DNA from: Leptolyngbyaceae cyanobacterium
GTDB taxonomy: Bacteria > Cyanobacteriota > Cyanobacteriia > Phormidesmidales > Phormidesmidaceae
Assembly: GCA_965263355.1 (NCBI GenBank)
Contig: CBDHHL010000032.1
Span: 384,001-448,000, forward strand
DNA: 64,000 nt
Direction of reading: 5' to 3'
How positions within the stretch are numbered: position 1 is the first letter of the stretch; each line of letters starts with the position of its first letter. The notes under the pieces were generated by a model. That model saw nothing but the letters and a program-made list of their open reading frames with translations, was not told where the DNA came from and ran no database searches. A program made the position numbers and the translations under genes. Below are positions 30,154 through 40,767 of this stretch, in pieces.

Positions 30154-31038
30154 TTGACTGGAAAGGGTGTGATGATGGCAATACAGTTGCAATTAAACGG
30201 GTTTACTCAACGGAGTATTCATCAAGCCTTGACTACATTGCCTAGGTCAGAGACACTGGCGCTACTCAAGCGGGTACGGCCTCGATTCGATATTCAGGTA
30301 TTTGAGCAGGTGGCCTCTACCAATGAAACCCTATGGGCTAAGCCAGAGGCAAAGGCAGGGACGGTTGCGATCGCACACACCCAAACCGCTGGCAAAGGCC
30401 AACAGGGTAAACAGTGGTTATCCCAACCAGGTGGGGTATACCTATCGCTAATGTTAGAACCTGATTGGCCTGCGAAGCGTGGGACTCAGCTCACCCTATG
30501 CAGTGTCTGGGGGATTGTCAGTCAATTCAGATGCTTGGGTATTCCAGCGGGCATCAAGTGGCCTAACGATATCGTTGTTAATGGTCAGAAGCTAGGGGGT
30601 ATCTTATGTGAAACTAAGTTGATGGGAGGAATAATCACCCGAGCCGTCATTGGTGTCGGTATTAATGTCTACAATCCAGTGCCAACTACTGGTATCACTT
30701 GGCAAAAATTGACCCAATCGCCGCATAACCAAGCTGCTAATGTTCTCAGTCAGGTGGCAGCAGCAGTGTTACTAGGTATTTGGCAGGGAGTGTTTTATAG
30801 AAATTATACCGATGGGAAAACTTTTACAGATGCTTATCAAAGTCTACTGACCAACCTAAATATGCCTGTAGTTCTGGAAGGAAAGACGTTTAAGGTAGCC
30901 GGAGTTACGGAATTGGGACACTTAACTCTAGTGTCTACGTCACAAGGTGCAGTATCAAACCATGAGCTAGTCGATCAACTGGTTCATATCAAATCCGGTG
31001 AATTATCCCTAGGATATTGCCAATCTGAGGTCAAATAA
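30154..31038 (+). CDS. birA: Biotin-[acetyl-CoA-carboxylase] ligase
   Basis: STN, QTAGKGQQGKQW, IKWPNDI, KLGGILCE, IGVGINV. Start probably ATG 30172 or 30175. Confidence 0.9.
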   Translation: MTGKGVMMAIQLQLNGFTQRSIHQALTTLPRSETLALLKRVRPRFDIQVFEQVASTNETLWAKPEAKAGTVAIAHTQTAGKGQQGKQWLSQPGGVYLSLMLEPDWPAKRGTQLTLCSVWGIVSQFRCLGIPAGIKWPNDIVVNGQKLGGILCETKLMGGIITRAVIGVGINVYNPVPTTGITWQKLTQSPHNQAANVLSQVAAAVLLGIWQGVFYRNYTDGKTFTDAYQSLLTNLNMPVVLEGKTFKVAGVTELGHLTLVSTSQGAVSNHELVDQLVHIKSGELSLGYCQSEVK

Positions 31039-31158
31039 CTGGCGTTATGCACTCTAACCTTTTGGCTTCACTATCTTGACAAGATTTTGTTCTGCTTACA
31101 CTTAATTTCTTTAATTACTAATTAAATCGTCACTCGAACTTATATATTTACTTTTCCC

Positions 31159-32706
31159 ATGGCTGATTTCCGCCCCTTATCTTCGGTATCGTCTAATTCT
31201 ATTGAGCCCGATAATCGCTCTACCAAAATTGTTTCTAAAGTCATTGTTGCTAATAAACAGCCGGGACAGTTGTGGAAAAAAATCGGCATCGTTGGTTCCG
31301 TTGCTGTGATGGGTGGACAGCCAGTATTGGCTCAGATTGATATCCCGGTTGGTGGTGGTTCTGCCCCTGCCGTAACGACTGAGGCAGAACCTTTCCTAGC
31401 TGCTACTCCTGTAGCTCCAGAGGTCTCTAATTTGGTGGCCCCTCCAGTTGTGGTATCCCCAGAAGCAGCATCTCCTTCATTTTCTAATCCTGCTCCTGCT
31501 TCTAACCCAGTGCCTGTGCCATCAGAGCCAGTCGAAGCTATTACTTCCCAGGTAGAGATAGAGATTGTTACTCCAGAGGTCGAGGCGGTTGCCCCTGAAA
31601 CAGAGAGTGTTGCTACTGTTGAGGCAGTGTCTGAAGACGTGATGCCCGAAGTAACGGCGGCGACTGAAGAGGAAGCGCAAACTGAAGCAGTAGCGACTGA
31701 CGTGGATGTCGTTACCCCCAATGTAGAGATTGTTAGACCTAATGACGTTTTACCTGAAGTCATTCCATCCGTTGAAGATCTGGCAGCAGAATATGGTGGT
31801 GCATTAGTAGATCCAACTGAGTACAGTGCAGGAGCAACCCTGGAGCCAAACGCTCCTGAGGTATTTGTATCAGAACGTTCTACAGGCTGTGAATATAAGG
31901 TCGATGTGGAAAACATTAGTGGTTGTGGTACCGCTAATGAAGACGCGACTGCTGTGGCCAGTGCCCCTAGAACGGTAATTCCCCAGGCTTCGATTAATAT
32001 CGGGCCTGTGAGTATTAGTCGGGCGGGTGTTCGTTTTTCCGGTGGGTCTACCACTGTTGCCGGACGAGAGTTTTACAATACGGTTGCCAAGCCGCTTGTG
32101 GAGTTACAAATAGGTGAATCATTTGTGTTTCCATTGGCCTCGCCATCGCCAATTACCTCGTTGTTTGGTTGGCGTTGGCACCCGATTCACAACGACTATC
32201 GATTTCACAGTGGTACGGATTTAGGGGCCCCTCAGGGGACGCCGATTTTGGCAACTCAGTCAGGGCAGGTTTCTTTGGCTGACTATCTAGGCGGATATGG
32301 TTTAACGGTTATTTTGCGGCACAATGATAATACGTTGGAAAGTCGCTATGCTCATATGTCCCATATCCTGGTAAAGCCTGGTGAGTGGGTAGAGCAGGGG
32401 GATGTGATTGGTTTGGTTGGTTCGACAGGGAATTCCACTGGTCCTCACCTCCATTTTGAGTTGCACCAGCTGACTAGTCAGGGATGGGCGACTGTTAATC
32501 CTAATGAAGTGTTGAGCTATGCCCTGGCAAATTTAAATAACCGGATGGCTGGCAACCCTCTGCAGGCATTGAATATTATGCCGACAGCTCAAGCCTCACC
32601 GCAAGTGTCGCCACCAGCCAAAGGCACTTTATCTAAGGCCGTTAAGAGCGAAACCTTGGTTAAGGATGCGCCCCACTTCCGACCAGCTCAACCCCATGCC
32701 CAGTAG
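31159..32706 (+). CDS. M23 family metallopeptidase with long acidic/Pro-rich N-terminus
   Basis: HSGTD, YAHM, GSTGNSTGPHLHFE. Confidence 0.9.
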   Translation: MADFRPLSSVSSNSIEPDNRSTKIVSKVIVANKQPGQLWKKIGIVGSVAVMGGQPVLAQIDIPVGGGSAPAVTTEAEPFLAATPVAPEVSNLVAPPVVVSPEAASPSFSNPAPASNPVPVPSEPVEAITSQVEIEIVTPEVEAVAPETESVATVEAVSEDVMPEVTAATEEEAQTEAVATDVDVVTPNVEIVRPNDVLPEVIPSVEDLAAEYGGALVDPTEYSAGATLEPNAPEVFVSERSTGCEYKVDVENISGCGTANEDATAVASAPRTVIPQASINIGPVSISRAGVRFSGGSTTVAGREFYNTVAKPLVELQIGESFVFPLASPSPITSLFGWRWHPIHNDYRFHSGTDLGAPQGTPILATQSGQVSLADYLGGYGLTVILRHNDNTLESRYAHMSHILVKPGEWVEQGDVIGLVGSTGNSTGPHLHFELHQLTSQGWATVNPNEVLSYALANLNNRMAGNPLQALNIMPTAQASPQVSPPAKGTLSKAVKSETLVKDAPHFRPAQPHAQ

Positions 32707-33133
32707 TAGCTCTAGGTTTACCTATCACCGCATCATTCGTTTCCATGAAACTGATGCGGCTGGTGTGGTTTACTTTGCCAATATTCTCACCCTATGTCAT
32801 GAGGCCTATGAAGTGGCATTGGCGGCTACGGGTATTGATATTGGCATATTTTTTGGGGGGGCGACTTTAGCGGTACCGGTTGTTCATGCATCGGTTGATT
32901 TTCGGCGACCGTTACATTGTGGTGATCAGGTTGCGATCGCACTCATTCCCCGTGCCTTAGATGACACCACCTTTGAAATTCGCTATAGCTTGAGTAATGC
33001 GGCTGAACAAACGATGGCTACAGCATTGACTCGTCATGTGTGTATCGACAGTGCTAGTCGTCAGCGTCAAGCAATGAGTCCTGAATTGGTGCAGTGGATT
33101 CAGTCAATCACTGCAAAACCTGAGGACGCTTAA
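32696..33133 (+). CDS. 1,4-dihydroxy-2-naphthoyl-CoA hydrolase (hot-dog thioesterase)
   Basis: RFHETDAAGVVYFAN..CHEAYE; next to menC and menA. ATG at 32696 preferred. Confidence 0.82.
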   Translation: MPSSSSRFTYHRIIRFHETDAAGVVYFANILTLCHEAYEVALAATGIDIGIFFGGATLAVPVVHASVDFRRPLHCGDQVAIALIPRALDDTTFEIRYSLSNAAEQTMATALTRHVCIDSASRQRQAMSPELVQWIQSITAKPEDA

Positions 33134-33138
33134 ACTTT

Positions 33139-33162
33139 CCCTGGGAATTATTTGTCCCAGGG
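33139..33162. terminator. Hairpin between convergent genes
   Basis: CCCTGGGA-N8-TCCCAGGG. Confidence 0.5.
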
Positions 33163-33173
33163 TTCAGGCGAAA

Positions 33174-34157
33174 TCATCCTAATCTTTGCCATAGCTGTTG
33201 CCAATCGGTTTGGCTGAGGCCGTCGTTGGTAAACCATTGTTGGGTGCCTAATCCCAAGGCTCGATGGGGGATATCCGGGTAGGTCATGGCCAGATCTATG
33301 GCCAGACGAATTAGGGCTTGACGACCAACAGCCGTTTCAAAGACCGATGAAATAACCAGGTCAATGGGGTACTTGTGATAGAAATGTCGTAATCGCTGGG
33401 GGGAGCCCATGATCGCGGCTTTGATGATGTAGACGCCATCCCAGCCTCGATGAAAATGAACTTTAAGCTGTTCCAAACTGGCGATGGATTCATCAAGGGC
33501 AATGGGGGTGTGGTAGCGATAGTTCAGCCGCATCAAGGTATCAAATTCGTGGGGGGGTAAGGGCTGCTCTAAAAATTCGATGCGTTGGCCGTTGCGATCG
33601 CACCACTCCAGCCACTGACGGGCAGCCAGTTCATTTAAGCCACCGTTGGCATCTAACCTGAGTTTTGCCCCCAAGGGTAGCTGTCCCAATAGCTGATCTA
33701 GCCAATCCATTTCTTTAGCTATCAGGTCTACGCCAATCTTGCACTTAAAAATTCGATGGCCTTTCTGCCATAAATTAGGCCAGTGGTCCAGTGATGGTTG
33801 GCCCTGGGGCAAAAGCACCCCACACTGAGCATTGGGCAAATCAATCGGTCGGAGCTTGCGTTCCAAACTAGAAAAGACAGATTCTAAGCCAAACTGACAG
33901 GCTGGCAAAGTGGGCAAGAGGGAGGGCACCGCATGGTCAGATAGCTGAGATGGCAATTGTCCACAGAAGTCTAGGGCCTGTTCAAAGGTTTCGGACCCAA
34001 ACCATGGCAATGGTGCCACCTCACCAAAACCGCTACGACCATCTTCGTCGGTCAATTTGAGAATTAATCCCTGACGCACCTTCCAGTCACCATGATGGGT
34101 ACGAAGGGGTTGTCGGAACCGCCGTTGATAAGGACGAAACTCAAACCGATAAGACAT
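33174..34157 (-). CDS. menC: o-succinylbenzoate synthase
   Basis: GEVAPL, KCKIG, RLDANG, EFLEQP, ALDES; follows menA. Confidence 0.9.
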   Translation of the reverse strand: MSYRFEFRPYQRRFRQPLRTHHGDWKVRQGLILKLTDEDGRSGFGEVAPLPWFGSETFEQALDFCGQLPSQLSDHAVPSLLPTLPACQFGLESVFSSLERKLRPIDLPNAQCGVLLPQGQPSLDHWPNLWQKGHRIFKCKIGVDLIAKEMDWLDQLLGQLPLGAKLRLDANGGLNELAARQWLEWCDRNGQRIEFLEQPLPPHEFDTLMRLNYRYHTPIALDESIASLEQLKVHFHRGWDGVYIIKAAIMGSPQRLRHFYHKYPIDLVISSVFETAVGRQALIRLAIDLAMTYPDIPHRALGLGTQQWFTNDGLSQTDWQQLWQRLG

Positions 34158-34184
34158 GGCGTAAGACGCTGAGGCAAGAGGAAT

Positions 34185-35117
34185 CTAAAGTGATCTAAGG
34201 GTAATTGACAGCTGCAGCCCTAAACATACAAGTATTCCACAACAAAACTGGAAGCGGATAGCTACGAACTTAGCATTTTGTACTAACTTGGGCTGATCGT
34301 GATAAAGCTTCACATGACGACAAAGTTGAATAGCGAAGGGAGCACTGGCTAAGGCTAGGGTCAGACTAGCAGGAAATATCCCTAACAGTAGCCCTGCCAG
34401 TAAAATTACAAAAATGCTGCCACAGAGCCATGGCAGGAGGTTTGCTCCAGCCTGGGTGCCTAATCGAACAATGGGTGATCGTTTACCGGCGGCTAAATCA
34501 TCATTAACCTGATGAAAGTGAGAACAAAAAAGCACTAACGTAGTGGCCATACCGATAATGGCTGCCAATCCCCAACAGCTAAGAGAGAAGGTTTGCGCTT
34601 GAGAATAATAGGCCGCTCCCACACCTAAACTGAAGCTAATAAAACATAAAGGCTCTCCCAACCCTTGATAGCCTAATCGAAAAGGGGGGCCTTGGTAGAT
34701 ATAGCCTAGACCACAGCAGATTAAAACTAGCCCCAGAATGGTGATGTCCTGTTGAATAAGTGTGATGGCTAGGACCCCGATAATGCCTAAGAGCAAACTG
34801 AGATTGCCCAGCCAAAAGATCAAGGATTGGTTTTGGGTCAGGTTGACTAGGGAATGATATTTATTTTTATCAATGCCTGTATCGGCATCATAGACATCAT
34901 TACTGAGGTTTTCCCAGACCAAGAGCAGGACTGCTGATAGTAGAAAAATCGCCAGGATCCGCCCGTCTAATTGCCCCGTTTCTAAGTGTGCCAGTAAGCT
35001 CCCTACCAGGATAGGAATGATGGCAACGCTATACATGGGGGGCTTAATGGCGGCGAGCCAAAGAGATTTACGAGCGACAACATTGCTAGACTCTAGATCA
35101 ATCGTGGGGATAGCCAT
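34185..35117 (-). CDS. menA: DHNA phytyl/prenyltransferase (UbiA family)
   Basis: AAIKPPMYSVA, NLSNDVYD, YQGPPFRLGY, DDLAAGKRS; multiple TM helices. Confidence 0.92.
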   Translation of the reverse strand: MAIPTIDLESSNVVARKSLWLAAIKPPMYSVAIIPILVGSLLAHLETGQLDGRILAIFLLSAVLLLVWENLSNDVYDADTGIDKNKYHSLVNLTQNQSLIFWLGNLSLLLGIIGVLAITLIQQDITILGLVLICCGLGYIYQGPPFRLGYQGLGEPLCFISFSLGVGAAYYSQAQTFSLSCWGLAAIIGMATTLVLFCSHFHQVNDDLAAGKRSPIVRLGTQAGANLLPWLCGSIFVILLAGLLLGIFPASLTLALASAPFAIQLCRHVKLYHDQPKLVQNAKFVAIRFQFCCGILVCLGLQLSITLRSL

Positions 35118-35264
35118 TGGGACAAAAATCTTTTGAGACTATAAATCCATAGCTAGCATAGCGGGTGAGGTGTCAGTCTTAGTTTTCTAATCTGTAAAAG
35201 CCGGTTTCCCGAAATTAAGAAAACTGGGAAGAATACGTTGAAGAGGATGACTAGCATCAGGATA

Positions 35265-35561
35265 ATGACTTCACGTGCTGTTTTGCTCGCACAAGCTCGA
35301 CAAGGCAACCCAAATGCGATCGCAGCCTTAATCAATCAATCTCTCAAACTAAAATCAGCCACTATTCAAGTGCGCCAAAAAGGAGAGTTGTATCTGTTTA
35401 TGTCGTCTTTATTCGAGGGGAGGCTTACACCCTCTTTTCAGCGATTGGTATTTTTCTCGCTGTTCTATTTTGTTATTGCCATACCTGCTACCCCCTGGAA
35501 TGAATCTATAACAATAGTCCAGGCAGAATCTTCTTATGCTGTCCGGACTATTGATTGTTAA
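35265..35561 (+). pseudogene. Probable truncated hypothetical gene
   Basis: Starts with the cyanobacterial ARQGNPNAIAALINQSL N-terminal motif, then drifts into atypical sequence. Confidence 0.4.
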
Positions 35562-35617
35562 GCCTGTAGTGAAAGGCTGGCGAAACACTTAAAGATTCGA
35601 GAGATTGTTTTTCCCCC

Positions 35618-38089
35618 TTAAACCTGGGCTACAGTCACCCCTGTACCGCCATCCGCTTGCTCAGCGTTGTCAAAGCTACGCACCTGGGGATGTCGCTTGA
35701 GAAATTCACGGACACCGCGTTTTAGTTTGCCAGTGCCATGGCCATGGATGATCCAAATGGGGCCAGTGGAGTTAGCGATAAAGTTTTCCAGATCGGCTTC
35801 TGCTTCGGCCACACGCATACCTCTAAGGTCAATGGTGTTTTTAGAGGTGCGTACAGCTGGGGCAGCAGGTTCTTTTTTGGCAACTTTGACCGTGGTGCGG
35901 CGTTTCTCAGGTACTTTTTCGGGAGCTGGTTTAGCTGTAGTTGCTTTTTGACCGGTGAGGGATTCAATCTCACTCAAATCGACGATGGTTTTCATCAAGC
36001 CAAAGCGTACCGCAATTTTGCCATCATCATCAGGGTCACCGACGACTTCAGCAGTTTGCCCCCCCAGACCAAGTAGACGGACTTTTTCCCCTAGTTTGGG
36101 TTTATAAGCAGTAATCACTTTTTTGGCCGGATGGTCCCCTTTGGGAGGGGCTGGCTGTTGTTGCGCAATGGTTTCTACTAATTCTGTCGCTTTTTGGGCT
36201 GCTTGGGCGGTTGGATTGCCCTTTTGTAGTTGACGAATGACCGTGGCAATTTCAGCTTTTGCTGCGGTTACGGCGGCTTGAAGGGCTTTTTCTTGTTCTA
36301 GTTTTTGGTTGAGTTCCCAATCTTTAATAGCGGCGGCTTTCCGTTCAATATCAGCTTTCAGCGCTTCCGCCTGAGCAACAATGCCAGCGGCTTGTTCGGC
36401 TTGGTCTTCCTGGCGTTTGCGCTGGGCTTCAAGACCGGCAATTACCTGGTTGACATCGTCTTGTTTACTGACGCCCACATAGGTTTGGGCCGTATCGACC
36501 ACGGTTGGATTCAACCCTAATCGTCGGGCAATGGTGAGGGCGTTGGACCGGCCTGGAATGCCCCACAGCAATCGATAGGTGGGGGACAGACTTACATCAT
36601 CAAATTCCACTGAAGCATTTTCAAAGCGCTCGTCCTGATATTTGAGGGCTTTGAGTTCACCAAAGTGGGTGGTGGCGATGGTCAGTCGGGTGTGGTTGGC
36701 GAGGTGTTGCAGGAGTGCGATCGCAAGCGCACTGCCCTCTGTGGGATCCGTACCTGCACCTACCTCGTCCAAAAGAACAAGGGAATTTTGAATGTCCGGA
36801 TTGGCCGTAGGGTGGGCACCGCCCACTAATGCTGCATTGCCTGCATCAACTCCCGCCCCAATCGCAGCCAAAATCCGGCCAATGCGACGAATATGCCCTG
36901 AAAACGTAGACAAGCTTTGCTCAATCGATTGTTCATCGCCAATATCCGCCAAAACCTGCGCAAACCACGGCAATTCCACCGGTTCTCGGGCCGGAACAAA
37001 TAAACCTACCTTGGCCATCAGCGCCGCCAGCCCCAGGGTCTTAAGCGTGACCGTCTTACCCCCAGTATTCGGGCCTGTAATAGCCACTACCCGAATATCC
37101 GACCGCATCGTGACATCGATGGGAACTACGGTTGGTCCGTTTTCATGGCGTTGCTGCCAGACCAAAATAGGATGACGGAGCTGTCGCAGGACGGTACGTT
37201 CACTCGGTCCACTAAATCGGGGTGGATTAGCCTCTAGCCATAGGGAATAGCGGGCACGGGCAGTAGCCAAATCCAATGTGGTAACAATGGCCATCAGTTG
37301 CTCTAAATCGTCACTGACCTCAGCCACTTGACCGCTCAATTGTTGGCGTATCAGCTCTTCTTCTCGGGTTTCTTGACGCTCTAACTGTCGCAAACGGTTG
37401 CCAAATTCTACTGCACCCTGGGGCTCAACATACAGGGTGGCACCACTGGTGGACACATCGTGAACAATGCCTGGAATCGAATCCTTTTGTGGTGCTTTTA
37501 CTGGAATTACAAAGCGTCCAGCTCGTTGGGTAATTAAAGCTTCCTGTAAAGCCCCCGTATGACGCTGCATAATCCGCTGTAGTTTGGCATGGAGCTGGTC
37601 ATGGGTGGTTTTGAGATTTTTGCGGATGCCTGCTAGCTTTGGGTTAGCTCGGTCGGTGACCTTGCCTCGATCGTCGATGCAGTGGTGGATTTCCTTTTCT
37701 AATTCTGGGTAAGTGCGCAGCTGGGCAACCAGGGCCTGGAGTACTGGAAAATCGTCTTCCTCTTGAGCATCAATGGCCCGACGCAATTGACGAGCGCCGG
37801 CCAGGGTGGTGGCAATGTTCAGCAGCTCTTCTCCCGATAAAATCCCCTGTAGTGTTGCCCGTTCCAGGGCTTCACCGATATCTTGCACCCCTTGAAAATT
37901 AAGCGGTGCAGAGTCTTCTAGCTGATATGCTTCACGGGTCTGGGCCAGGAGTTCTTCGCTGTCACTTTGCTGCTCAGGAATTCGTCCATGGCGAGCGGCA
38001 AGGGCACCTAGCTTTGTGGCAGCAAATGTGGCCCACTGCTGACATAACCGTGGCCATTCTAGGAGGTCTAGGGTTTCGGATTGGATCAA
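35618..38089 (-). CDS. mutS2: Endonuclease MutS2
   Basis: ITGPNTGGKT, IEQSLSTFSGH, LDEVGAGTDP, coiled coil, KOW and Smr (IDLRG, IHGHGTG, GGTGVT). Confidence 0.95.
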   Translation of the reverse strand: MIQSETLDLLEWPRLCQQWATFAATKLGALAARHGRIPEQQSDSEELLAQTREAYQLEDSAPLNFQGVQDIGEALERATLQGILSGEELLNIATTLAGARQLRRAIDAQEEDDFPVLQALVAQLRTYPELEKEIHHCIDDRGKVTDRANPKLAGIRKNLKTTHDQLHAKLQRIMQRHTGALQEALITQRAGRFVIPVKAPQKDSIPGIVHDVSTSGATLYVEPQGAVEFGNRLRQLERQETREEELIRQQLSGQVAEVSDDLEQLMAIVTTLDLATARARYSLWLEANPPRFSGPSERTVLRQLRHPILVWQQRHENGPTVVPIDVTMRSDIRVVAITGPNTGGKTVTLKTLGLAALMAKVGLFVPAREPVELPWFAQVLADIGDEQSIEQSLSTFSGHIRRIGRILAAIGAGVDAGNAALVGGAHPTANPDIQNSLVLLDEVGAGTDPTEGSALAIALLQHLANHTRLTIATTHFGELKALKYQDERFENASVEFDDVSLSPTYRLLWGIPGRSNALTIARRLGLNPTVVDTAQTYVGVSKQDDVNQVIAGLEAQRKRQEDQAEQAAGIVAQAEALKADIERKAAAIKDWELNQKLEQEKALQAAVTAAKAEIATVIRQLQKGNPTAQAAQKATELVETIAQQQPAPPKGDHPAKKVITAYKPKLGEKVRLLGLGGQTAEVVGDPDDDGKIAVRFGLMKTIVDLSEIESLTGQKATTAKPAPEKVPEKRRTTVKVAKKEPAAPAVRTSKNTIDLRGMRVAEAEADLENFIANSTGPIWIIHGHGTGKLKRGVREFLKRHPQVRSFDNAEQADGGTGVTVAQV
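36807..36827 (+). repeat. GTAG-REP-like palindrome inside the mutS2 coding sequence
   Basis: GTAGG-GTGGGC-ACC-GCCCAC-T, read on the minus strand as VGGAHPT. Confidence 0.7.
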
Positions 38090-38172
38090 GGTGGAGGAGC
38101 GAGATGGGAGGACGTTTAGTAGTCTTTAGGATGTAATTGCTTTTTTAACTATATCGCCTCTATCTTGGGAAG

Positions 38173-39405
38173 ATGCTGCCGTCTGATTTACTGATCCATC
38201 GCCCTCGGGGTGACTCTATTGATGCCAAACAGCTGCCGCTGAATGAGGTGTGGATTGCGATCGCAACCAATCTAATTGCTTTATTTCAGGCTACGGTAGG
38301 CGATACCCAAGGCAACCTCAACCAAAAACTCCAAGAACTTGAAGGAGAAGACACGGACTACCGAATCAAACGAGGGTTAGCCCATATCCTACGCAGTAGC
38401 TTTAGTACGTTTGAGATTGTCAGTCCCTTAGACCCCCAGGATTTGCGTCAACGGGTCTTTACTTTGGCTGCCACCAATGCGCCATCACCGTTAGCGGCCC
38501 AACGGCACCTAGAAACATTAGCCAGCCAGCTTACCCAAGCCCTTGAGCGGGACGTTGAACCCGTTCATATTCAGCAAGGCCTTTATGCCGATCTTAAAGA
38601 AAACCGTATCCTTACGCAGTTTGATGCGCCAACACCGGAGGCCCTACTCCACCGCTATAACCTATCCCAGATCCAAGGTATTTTTTATCGAGCCAGCCAT
38701 GTGGTATTAAATCTGCACCGTAACGATCCTGGCGAGTATAAGCTAATGTTCCGTTACCTAAAACTGTTTCGGCTGATGGTCTACATCGAAGGGGAAGCCG
38801 ATCAAGGATTTACGATCACCATTGATGGGCCTGCCAGCTTATTTAAAGCGAGTACCCGTTATGGCCTCGATATTGCCAAACTAGTGCCAGCCATTTTGCA
38901 TGTTACTCGATGGCACCTCAGTGCCACGTTGCAATGGAAGGACAGCTATACTAAGACCTTATCTGAAAAACGCTATACCCTAGACTCAGACTGTACCCTT
39001 GTCAGCCACTATCCCCCTGGCAAACCCTATGACAGTATGCTTGAAGCCGCCTTCGCCGAGCGCTGGACTAGCCTAGTTGAAAAAGGTAAAACCCAATGGC
39101 AGCTAGAACGGGAAGTTGATCTTATTCCCATTCCTGGCAGTGTTATGATTCCTGACTTTCGTTTAGTTCATCCCGATGGACGGGTTTATTTGCTGGAGAT
39201 AGTGGGATATTGGCGACCAGAATACCTGCGCAAGAAATTTGCCCAGGTACAAAAGGCAGTCTGTCAGAATCTGATTTTGGCTATTTCAGAGCGATTGAAT
39301 TTAGCCAAAGCAGGCATTGACGTAAAAGACGTACCCGCCAAAATTGTTTGGTTCAAAGATAAACTGCAGCCTAAGCCACTACTGAACTTATTAGCAGAGC
39401 TATGA
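38173..39405 (+). CDS. DUF790 family (Bax1-like) predicted nuclease
   Basis: LYADL, RYNL, IDGPASLF, YDSMLE, MIPDF, LEIVGYW.PEYL.KK. Confidence 0.88.
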   Translation: MLPSDLLIHRPRGDSIDAKQLPLNEVWIAIATNLIALFQATVGDTQGNLNQKLQELEGEDTDYRIKRGLAHILRSSFSTFEIVSPLDPQDLRQRVFTLAATNAPSPLAAQRHLETLASQLTQALERDVEPVHIQQGLYADLKENRILTQFDAPTPEALLHRYNLSQIQGIFYRASHVVLNLHRNDPGEYKLMFRYLKLFRLMVYIEGEADQGFTITIDGPASLFKASTRYGLDIAKLVPAILHVTRWHLSATLQWKDSYTKTLSEKRYTLDSDCTLVSHYPPGKPYDSMLEAAFAERWTSLVEKGKTQWQLEREVDLIPIPGSVMIPDFRLVHPDGRVYLLEIVGYWRPEYLRKKFAQVQKAVCQNLILAISERLNLAKAGIDVKDVPAKIVWFKDKLQPKPLLNLLAEL

Positions 39406-39652
39406 AACAATACGCAACTGAAGCAACTAACGCTTCTTGTCTTTACTCGTATACTTAGTTAGATAGTAAATACTGTAGATTTAGCTAGCGAGGTTATTGT
39501 TCTGCCTAAGGCAATCTCGGTCAGATTAACTGATCGTAGTAAGAATCATTGCTTGAAAACAACTGAATTCGTATTATCAGCTAGTTACTTTTAATCTAGC
39601 CCTCAAATATGGGCTCACTAACACTTAAGGAACTCTACCTATTCCCTGCATT

Positions 39653-40021
39653 ATGACCACGGTTTTAATTGTGGATGACAGCTCAACCCTACGGGAGATG
39701 ATCTCTGGTCTCCTTATTAAAGCAGGTATGACTGTTTTGGAAGCTGAAGATGGTGAAAAAGCCAAAGAAATGATTACATCGAAACCGCCAGATCTCGTGG
39801 TTCTCGATATTGTTATGCCCAACATGAATGGTTACGAGCTATGTCGGTGGGTCAAGAATAATGGTGCCACCAAGGATGTACCCGTCGTCATTTGTTCATC
39901 TAAAAATGAAGAATTTGACCGTTACTGGGGCATGAAGCAAGGGGCGGATGCGTATATTGCCAAACCGTTTCGTCCTGCCGAGATGGTGGAAACGGTAAAG
40001 CATCTGTTGCGAGGAAGATAG
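39653..40021 (+). CDS. CheY-like single-domain response regulator (PilH-like)
   Basis: VDDS, LDIVMP, YWGMKQGADAYIAKPF. Confidence 0.9.
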   Translation: MTTVLIVDDSSTLREMISGLLIKAGMTVLEAEDGEKAKEMITSKPPDLVVLDIVMPNMNGYELCRWVKNNGATKDVPVVICSSKNEEFDRYWGMKQGADAYIAKPFRPAEMVETVKHLLRGR

Positions 40022-40098
40022 CCCCTAGACCGTCTAACTATTAAAGGCGTATGATTGGGCAAATTTAAGCCCACATTACTGTCTTTGATATTTGTCCC

Positions 40099-40755
40099 AT
40101 GGCAATTCAGCTGCGGATTCACGTCCCACCCCACCCACTAATCAAACACTGGCTTGGTGTGTTAAGGGACGTTAACACACCTTCTGCTGTATTTCGGAGT
40201 GCCATGACTGAAATAGGGCGTTGGTTAACCTATGAAGCAATTCGTAATGATTGGTTACCTACCCTAGAGACTACGATTGAAACACCATTAGCTCCTTGTC
40301 CGGCCACCTTTATTAATCCTGAAATGCCGCTTATGGTAATTCCTATTTTGAGGGCAGGATTAGCCTTAATGGAAGGTGTTCAAGCTGCATTGCCGACAGC
40401 GTCAGTTTATCATCTTGGCTTTGTTCGTAATGAAGAAACTCTAGAGGCCAGCTGCTATCTCAACAAGCTACCCGATCAAATTGATCCGGCTACCCGTGTT
40501 TTGATCAGTGAGCCGATGTTGGCAACGGGCGGTACAATGATGGCCACTATGGCAGAATTAGTGAAGCGTGGTGTGGATCCGTCTCTAGTTAGGGTTGTCT
40601 CAGTGGTTACGGCTCCTCCAGCGCTGCAAAAACTTGCTGAAGCGTATCCACAGCTCGTGATTTATGCAGGCATCATTGACGAAGGTTTAGATAAAAATGG
40701 CTTTATCGTGCCAGGGCTAGGAGATGCTGGGGATCGCACATTTGGTACTAACTAA
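40099..40755 (+). CDS. upp: Uracil phosphoribosyltransferase
   Basis: HPLIKH, PILRAG, PMLATGG, IVPGLGDAGDRTFGT. Confidence 0.95.
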   Translation: MAIQLRIHVPPHPLIKHWLGVLRDVNTPSAVFRSAMTEIGRWLTYEAIRNDWLPTLETTIETPLAPCPATFINPEMPLMVIPILRAGLALMEGVQAALPTASVYHLGFVRNEETLEASCYLNKLPDQIDPATRVLISEPMLATGGTMMATMAELVKRGVDPSLVRVVSVVTAPPALQKLAEAYPQLVIYAGIIDEGLDKNGFIVPGLGDAGDRTFGTN

Positions 40756-40767
40756 TCACGTCAGATC

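Noticed and set aside
31332..32054. 240-aa antisense ORF in the M23 gene
   Set aside because: Shadow of the low-complexity A/P/E/V/T region.
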